From an uncultured Oscillospiraceae bacterium (GTDB lineage Bacteria > Bacillota > Clostridia > Oscillospirales > Acutalibacteraceae): a stretch of 64,000 nucleotides of DNA. Location of the stretch: contig UQOE01000005.1 in the NCBI GenBank assembly GCA_900542575.1, positions 43,967 through 107,966 on the forward strand, given 5' to 3'. Position numbers and translations under genes: made by a program. How positions within the stretch are numbered: the stretch's first letter is position 1; each line of letters begins with the position of its first letter. Shown here in pieces: positions 59,303 through 64,000 of the stretch. Under the pieces are notes generated by a model, which saw only the letters and a list, made by a program, of their open reading frames with translations, was not told the DNA's origin and did no database searches.

Positions 59303-59364
59303 ATTTTTTTCCGCCGCTGGAGTATGATGATAGAAAATCTGAGAAAAGGCGAGGAACCTTCCCC

Positions 59365-59886
59365 ATGAAAGACAATATTGTACTCATTGGTATGCCGGGT
59401 TCCGGCAAGAGCACGGTCGGCGTTGTTCTTGCCAAACGGCTCGCATACGACTTTGTCGACTCCGACCTGGTCATCCAGGCGAAGGCCGGAATGCGGCTTC
59501 AGAATTATATTGACCAGTTTGGCCCGGATGCTTTCGAAGATCTGGAAAATAAGGTCAACGCGGGTCTTAATGTCCATCACACCGTGATTGCAACGGGCGG
59601 GAGTGCCGTCTATGGCGAAGATGCTATGCGGCATTTTCAGGATATTGCGGTCATTGTCTATCTGAAAGTCTCTTTTGAGGAGCTTCAGAACCGCATCCCG
59701 GACTTTGAGACGCGAGGTATCGTCATACCGAAAGGCCAATCGTTTCAGGATGTCTACAACATTCGCTCACAGCTTTATGAGCGCTATGCAGATATTACCG
59801 TCGGATCGGAAAAAATCCGCTTCTGGGACCTCGCAGAGGAAATCAGCAGGAAGGTCGGCGATTTCCGCACGGCGCAGGATTCATAA
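59365..59886 (+). CDS. aroK: Shikimate kinase
   Basis: P-loop LIGMPGSGKSTVG, the ~170-aa NMP-kinase fold, and ATGGSAV. Confidence 0.75.
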   Translation: MKDNIVLIGMPGSGKSTVGVVLAKRLAYDFVDSDLVIQAKAGMRLQNYIDQFGPDAFEDLENKVNAGLNVHHTVIATGGSAVYGEDAMRHFQDIAVIVYLKVSFEELQNRIPDFETRGIVIPKGQSFQDVYNIRSQLYERYADITVGSEKIRFWDLAEEISRKVGDFRTAQDS

Positions 59887-59892
59887 TGACAA

Positions 59893-59938
59893 AAGACCGC
59901 TGCAGAGATGAACTGTCTGCAGCGGTCTTTCTCTTTTT
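59893..59938 (+). terminator. Strong rho-independent terminator (13-bp stem) between convergent aroK and guaB-like genes
   Basis: AAGACCGCTGCAG-11 nt-CTGCAGCGGTCTT followed by TCTCTTTTT. Confidence 0.85.
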
Positions 59939-60007
59939 CAGCTATATAGTACAAAAAACGGCGATCTGCCCTGAGGACAGGTCGCCGTAATAATCTGGTT
60001 ATCTGGG

Positions 60008-61504
60008 TCAGTCGACTTTGTCTTTCAGCAGGACATCGTGGGAACCGCCCTCAACGATGGAAGTGGAGGAGACAACCGTCAGTTTTGCCTTCTCGCGGAG
60101 CTCCGGAATGGTGAGTGCACCGCAGTTGCACATGGTGGAGCGAACTTTGGAGAGTGAGGTATAGACGCCGTCTTTGAGAGCACCGGCATACGGGACATAG
60201 GAGTCAACACCTTCTTCAAAGGAGAGCTTTGTGTCTCCTCCGAGGTCATAGCGCTGCCAGTTGCGGGCGCGATTGGAACCTTCGCCCCAGTACTCTTTGA
60301 CATAGCGTCCGTTGATGCGGATGCGCTCGGTCGGGGACTCGTCAAATCTGGCGAAATAGCGGCCCAGCATGAGGAAGTCGGCGCCCATTGCGAGGGCAAG
60401 TGTCATGTGGTAGTCCTGTACGATACCGCCGTCAGAGCATACCGGGACATAAATGCCGGTCTCCTCAAAGTAGCGGTCTCTTTCCCGGCAGACGTCGATG
60501 ACGGCAGTTGCCTGGCCGCGGCCGATGCCCTTGGTTTCACGGGTGATGCAGATGGAGCCTCCGCCGATGCCGACTTTGACAAAGTCTGCACCGCACTCTG
60601 CGAGGAACCGGAAGCCCTCTGCGTCTACAACATTGCCGGCACCGACTTTTACCTTGTCGCCGTAAGTCTTGCGGATCCACCCGATGGTGCGTTTCTGCCA
60701 CTCGGTGAAACCTTCCGAGGAGTCGATGCAGAGAACGTCAGCGCCTGCGTCCAGGAGAGCCGGAACGCGTTTTTCGTAGTCGCGGGTGTTGATACCGGCA
60801 CCGACCATATAAGATTTGTTATTGTCCAGCAGTTCGTTGGTGTTTTCTTTGTGGGAGTCGTAGTCTTTCCGGAAAACAAGATAGGTGAGATGATCGTCTT
60901 TGTTGACCAGCGGAAGTGCGTTGAGCTTATGGTCCCAGATGATGTCGTTGGCCTCTTTCAGGCTGGTGGTGTCCGGCGCCGTAATAATTTTTTCACGCGG
61001 CGTCATGAAATCTTTGACTTTGGTCATGGGGTCCATGCGGCTGACACGGTAGTCCTTGGAGCCGACGATGCCGAGCAGCTTGCCGTTTGCAGTGCCGTCG
61101 TCAGTAATGGCACAGGTGGAATGTCCCGTCTTGTTCTTCAGGTCCAGGACATCGGCCAGTGTGTTTTCGGGCGTCAGGTTGCTGGTGGAGGTGATGAAGC
61201 CTTTTTTGTAGTTCTTGACGCGGGCAATCATAGCAGCTTCATCTTCAATGGACTGCGAACCATAGATGAAAGAGAGACCGCCTTCTTTTGCCAGTGCAAT
61301 GGCCATGGTGTCGTCTGAGACGGACTGCATGACCGCAGAGACCATAGGAATATTAAGAGTGATAGCAGGCTCTTCACCCTTCTTGAACTTGACCAGAGGC
61401 GTTTTGAGGTCGACATTGGCGGGAATGCAGTCGCCGCCGGTAAAACTCGGGACCAGCAGATACTCGCCGAAGGTGCGGGAGGGTTCATCGAAATAATATG
61501 CCAT
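60008..61504 (-). CDS. guaB: IMP dehydrogenase family protein (divergent GuaB-like, CBS pair + TIM barrel)
   Basis: TIM-barrel motifs ([27 protein letters not shown]) and an internal CBS-like region. 498 aa. Confidence 0.7.
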   Translation of the reverse strand: MAYYFDEPSRTFGEYLLVPSFTGGDCIPANVDLKTPLVKFKKGEEPAITLNIPMVSAVMQSVSDDTMAIALAKEGGLSFIYGSQSIEDEAAMIARVKNYKKGFITSTSNLTPENTLADVLDLKNKTGHSTCAITDDGTANGKLLGIVGSKDYRVSRMDPMTKVKDFMTPREKIITAPDTTSLKEANDIIWDHKLNALPLVNKDDHLTYLVFRKDYDSHKENTNELLDNNKSYMVGAGINTRDYEKRVPALLDAGADVLCIDSSEGFTEWQKRTIGWIRKTYGDKVKVGAGNVVDAEGFRFLAECGADFVKVGIGGGSICITRETKGIGRGQATAVIDVCRERDRYFEETGIYVPVCSDGGIVQDYHMTLALAMGADFLMLGRYFARFDESPTERIRINGRYVKEYWGEGSNRARNWQRYDLGGDTKLSFEEGVDSYVPYAGALKDGVYTSLSKVRSTMCNCGALTIPELREKAKLTVVSSTSIVEGGSHDVLLKDKVD

Positions 61505-61582
61505 ATTGCTATCTCCTTTTCCATAAAAATTCGCGGTTGTACTACGTCTGTTTCCAACTGGGTTTCTTTTGGATTGAATAGT

Positions 61583-61610
61583 ATTATAAGGGAAAGCCGC
61601 AAAAAGTCAA
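61583..61610 (-). promoter_or_regulatory. Sigma-A promoter for guaB-like gene (TTGACT-16-TATAAT on minus strand)
   Basis: Minus-strand reading gives GGTTGACTTTTTGCGGCTTTCCCTTATAAT about 70 nt upstream of the start. Confidence 0.55.
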
Positions 61611-61630
61611 CCTTTTGCGTACGCTTCCGG

Positions 61631-61672
61631 GAGAGGAAAAAATCAGGGGAACAGACAGCGTCTGTTCCCCTG
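61631..61672 (-). terminator. Rho-independent terminator (minus strand) for the SCP2/H1-like gene
   Basis: Perfect 12-bp palindrome CAGGGGAACAGA/TCTGTTCCCCTG with a 5-nt loop, followed on the minus strand by ATTTTTTCC. Confidence 0.8.
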
Positions 61673-61746
61673 TACTCGTTGGGACAAAATACCCGGCTGC
61701 TCTATTTGTTTATCAAAAGAAAGCGCCGGATGAAAGACCAGCGAAA

Positions 61747-62289
61747 TTATTTGCTGGTGGTCTTCTTAGCTGCAGCGGTTTTGGCAGCGGTGGTCTTCTT
61801 GGCAGCGGTGGTCTTCTTGGCTGCAGTGGTTTTCTTTGCGGCAGTGGTCTTCTTGGCTGCAGTGGTTTTCTTTGCAGCAGCAGTCTTCTTGGCCGCAGTC
61901 TTTCTGGCAGCCGGCTTCTTAGCGGCGGTCTTTTTGGCAGCCGGTTTTCTGGCCGGAGCTTTTTTCTTCAGAGAGAGAACGGCGACGACGTCGTCGGCAT
62001 TTCCCTGAACGGCAAGAGAGCCATCGGCGATAGCTGCTTCTGCTGCAGTTTTTCCTGCAAGTACACTGTCAAGAACAGCGGCTGCAGTGTCGACAATAGC
62101 AGTGTTGTCTACATAGTCGAACGGCTCAACGGCAAAGTTGCCGTCGATGTTTGCAATGTAAAACGTACCTCCGACATCCTCATCGGAAAGAGTCACCTGA
62201 ACGGCAATGCCATCGGAGAGTCCGGCGGTGTCACGTTTCATGAGATCTTTTTTAATAGAGTCAAATTTTTCAGCAAAAGCCATTTTCAT
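61747..62289 (-). CDS. SCP2 (sterol-carrier-like) domain protein with histone-H1-like Lys/Ala/Thr-rich C-terminal repeat tail
   Basis: N-terminal ~100 aa resemble an SCP-2 fold. The C-terminal 75 aa are tandem KKTTAA/KKPAA repeats. AGGGGG RBS. Confidence 0.65.
   Translation of the reverse strand: MKMAFAEKFDSIKKDLMKRDTAGLSDGIAVQVTLSDEDVGGTFYIANIDGNFAVEPFDYVDNTAIVDTAAAVLDSVLAGKTAAEAAIADGSLAVQGNADDVVAVLSLKKKAPARKPAAKKTAAKKPAARKTAAKKTAAAKKTTAAKKTTAAKKTTAAKKTTAAKKTTAAKTAAAKKTTSK
61757..61970. repeat. ~18-bp tandem repeats (GGCAGCGGTGGTCTTCTT family) encoding the KKTTAA tail
   Basis: Multiple imperfect tandem copies. They create spurious long ORFs on the opposite strand (61574..62008 and 61615..62352). 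Confidence 0.8.
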
Positions 62290-62398
62290 AACCCCCTAAT
62301 TTTGGTTTGCATTATTATGGTTTGCTTTATGATTTATGCGAATTTATCTTAAATGGCGTTCAAATGGAATCTTTTGCTTAATAAGCGCCATAAGATTG

Positions 62399-64000
62399 CT
62401 ATTGAGAGGAAGACTGGCTTGCGTTGGTGATAACGGTTTCCGCAGTCTTGTCGACGCGTTTGCGTACCTTCTTTTCCCAGCTCTTGGAGACCTTAATCTT
62501 ATTCTGATTTACTATTTTATGATACCAGGCCTCATATTTCTTGTTTGCAACGGCATCTCTGACGTCGAGGGCCCACTGCGGATACTTGGATTTGCCGACG
62601 TAATACATAATATGGTAGCCGTAGTTCGACTTGATGATTTCCACGTCGCCTTTGGAGTGTCCTGCGAGCGCCCAGTTCTTGAACGAGTCGACATACTGGG
62701 AATTTGAAGTGACATCTTCATAGAGACCGCCGTTTTCTTTGGAACCGTCATCCTCAGTGTACTCTTTGGCGAGAGCGGCAAACGAAGCTTCCGTCTTCTT
62801 GCCGGAGTTGTACTTCTTCAGGATGGCTTCCGCAAGTTTCTTGGCCTCAGCGTCGGAACGGGTCTGCTGGCCCGTGCTGGAGTCTGTACCGGACTTGATG
62901 AGAATATGACGAACACTGACCGGTACGGTCTCGTCACGGGTCTTGTCCGAGGCGACCAGAAGAACGGCATAGCTCTTCAGTCCGTTGGAATCGGTTTTGA
63001 CAAAATACTTTTTGTCGCCAACCTTGCGCCCGGATGCGAAGGCCCAGTCTGCGGCCGTCTTATTGACGTAAGAGGAAAGGCTGCTGTAAGTCGTGTCCGA
63101 GAGGGTGGTATAAGAGGCGTCGGATTTGACGGAAGCCTTCTCGGAAGAGGATGCATACTCGGAAGCGACGTCGGCGAAATTGCCGTCCGTGGCCTTTGAG
63201 ACAAATGCTTTGGCCTTTTTCTCGTTGCTGCTGTTGATTTTCTTCTTCTGCGCAGCGGAGAGTTTCTTCGCTTTGGAGTCGGCCATATTTTCAGAGATCT
63301 GATAGTAGCGAATATTGATCTTCGTGTAATCTTTCTGATTTTTCTTATATTCCTGCTGGATCTCTTTGCTGGTGACGCTGGCCTTATCTTTGGCCTTGAG
63401 GTCGGAAATGTATTTCTGTGCAACGGTCTGCTCCGTATAGATGCGGCGAAGCAGCTTCTCGGTCATGCCCTTGCCATAGTTGGTGCGGAGATAGGCATCC
63501 AGAGAGTAGTTGTTCTGCTTGGCGGCATCAGAGAGCTCGTCGATAAAGTTGTCGAGGTCTTTCTGCTCGCTCTTGGTGAGCTTGTAGCCCTTATCCTCAG
63601 CAATTTTATAGATGCGGGTATTGGTCTCGCTGTCCTCAATGGCTTTGTACTCAAAGTAGTCTGCCCAGGTCGGATGGGAACCGTATTTTTTCGGAACGCT
63701 CTCACCGGACTTGGAGACGAAAGCCTGCTCAGACGGCTTCTTCATGTAGTCAAAGCCGGTCATGGTTTTGCCGGCGCCGGAGCCGAAGTAGGTGCTGTAC
63801 TGCTGTTCGTACTGTTCCGACATATTGGCGTAGTAATTGTAGTACATGCGGTAATAGTACTCATAGACTGCACCGGAAACCTTCGTGTGGCTGCCGTCTT
63901 TGAATTTGATGGCAGTTGCCTGACGGGTGAATACGCCGAAGAAAGAGAGGAGAAAGAGGAGCAGGGCGAGGAGTACGGCAAAGACCGGTACGCCGATTTT
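62399..64000 (-). CDS. prsA: PrsA-like foldase / parvulin-type peptidyl-prolyl isomerase with N-terminal TM anchor (5' end beyond window)
   Basis: Parvulin motifs (VSVRHILIK ... GYHIMYY). The frame stays open upstream to the window edge, where it encodes a TM helix (VFAVLLALLLFLLSFFGVF), so the true start is outside the window. Tyr-rich segment near the N-terminus. Confidence 0.7.
   Translation of the reverse strand, partial: KIGVPVFAVLLALLLFLLSFFGVFTRQATAIKFKDGSHTKVSGAVYEYYYRMYYNYYANMSEQYEQQYSTYFGSGAGKTMTGFDYMKKPSEQAFVSKSGESVPKKYGSHPTWADYFEYKAIEDSETNTRIYKIAEDKGYKLTKSEQKDLDNFIDELSDAAKQNNYSLDAYLRTNYGKGMTEKLLRRIYTEQTVAQKYISDLKAKDKASVTSKEIQQEYKKNQKDYTKINIRYYQISENMADSKAKKLSAAQKKKINSSNEKKAKAFVSKATDGNFADVASEYASSSEKASVKSDASYTTLSDTTYSSLSSYVNKTAADWAFASGRKVGDKKYFVKTDSNGLKSYAVLLVASDKTRDETVPVSVRHILIKSGTDSSTGQQTRSDAEAKKLAEAILKKYNSGKKTEASFAALAKEYTEDDGSKENGGLYEDVTSNSQYVDSFKNWALAGHSKGDVEIIKSNYGYHIMYYVGKSKYPQWALDVRDAVANKKYEAWYHKIVNQNKIKVSKSWEKKVRKRVDKTAETVITNASQSSSQ

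Noticed and set aside
60008-61504. Purine riboswitch upstream of the guaB-like gene
   Set aside because: The ~70-nt minus-strand leader lacks the conserved purine-riboswitch junction motifs. Only a plain sigma-A promoter was identified.
61574-62352. Two long + strand ORFs (144 and 245 aa) full of FLAAVV/GSGGLLG repeats
   Set aside because: They are the reverse-complement reading of the KKTTAA-encoding tandem repeats of the minus-strand SCP2/H1-like gene, so they are artefactual.

Overview
This 64 kb window is a high-GC (~58%) Firmicutes/Clostridia-type chromosomal segment, probably Oscillospiraceae/Ruminococcaceae-like. It is densely coding, almost entirely on the + strand, and mostly made of conserved housekeeping blocks: hisF(3' end)-hisI-hisK; ppiB-ispF; cdaA-cdaR; an OmpR/HK two-component pair; prmC; scpA-scpB-ytfI-ytfJ-rluB; yicC-remA-gmk-rpoZ-priA-def-fmt-rsmB-rlmN-stp-prkC-rsgA; rnj-gdpP-rplI-dnaB; tilS-hpt-ftsH; a parE/parC-like type IIA topoisomerase pair; secG; a panG-like/panB/panC/panD/coaBC/coaX cluster; aroK; and a divergent guaB-like gene plus a prsA-like gene on the minus strand. 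I found two tRNAs (Leu-UAA, Lys-UUU), several clean rho-independent terminators and near-consensus sigma-A promoters. I found no CRISPR array, transposase or integrase. The non-syntenic parts are: (i) a lower-GC orphan gene inserted between scpB and ytfI; (ii) a four-gene insert between rsgA and rnhA, where rpe/thiN normally sit (two secreted proteins, a SipW-like two-TM membrane protein, and an Hcp/prismane-family protein that seems to have lost its Fe-S ligand cysteines and carries a C-terminal DUF1858-like CxxC domain); (iii) a module downstream of tRNA-Lys with a secreted protein made of 60-bp tandem repeats, an AraC regulator and a lipase-like hydrolase separated by AT-rich spacers; (iv) an SCP2-domain protein with a histone-H1-like KKTTAA repeat tail; (v) an FG-GAP-like membrane protein in the position where glmM usually follows cdaA-cdaR; (vi) an RNase J with a ~65-aa basic low-complexity N-terminal extension. 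None of these matches a defence or mobile system I recognise. The degenerate-Hcp cluster and the tRNA-Lys-adjacent repeat-protein/AraC module are the most worth following up.
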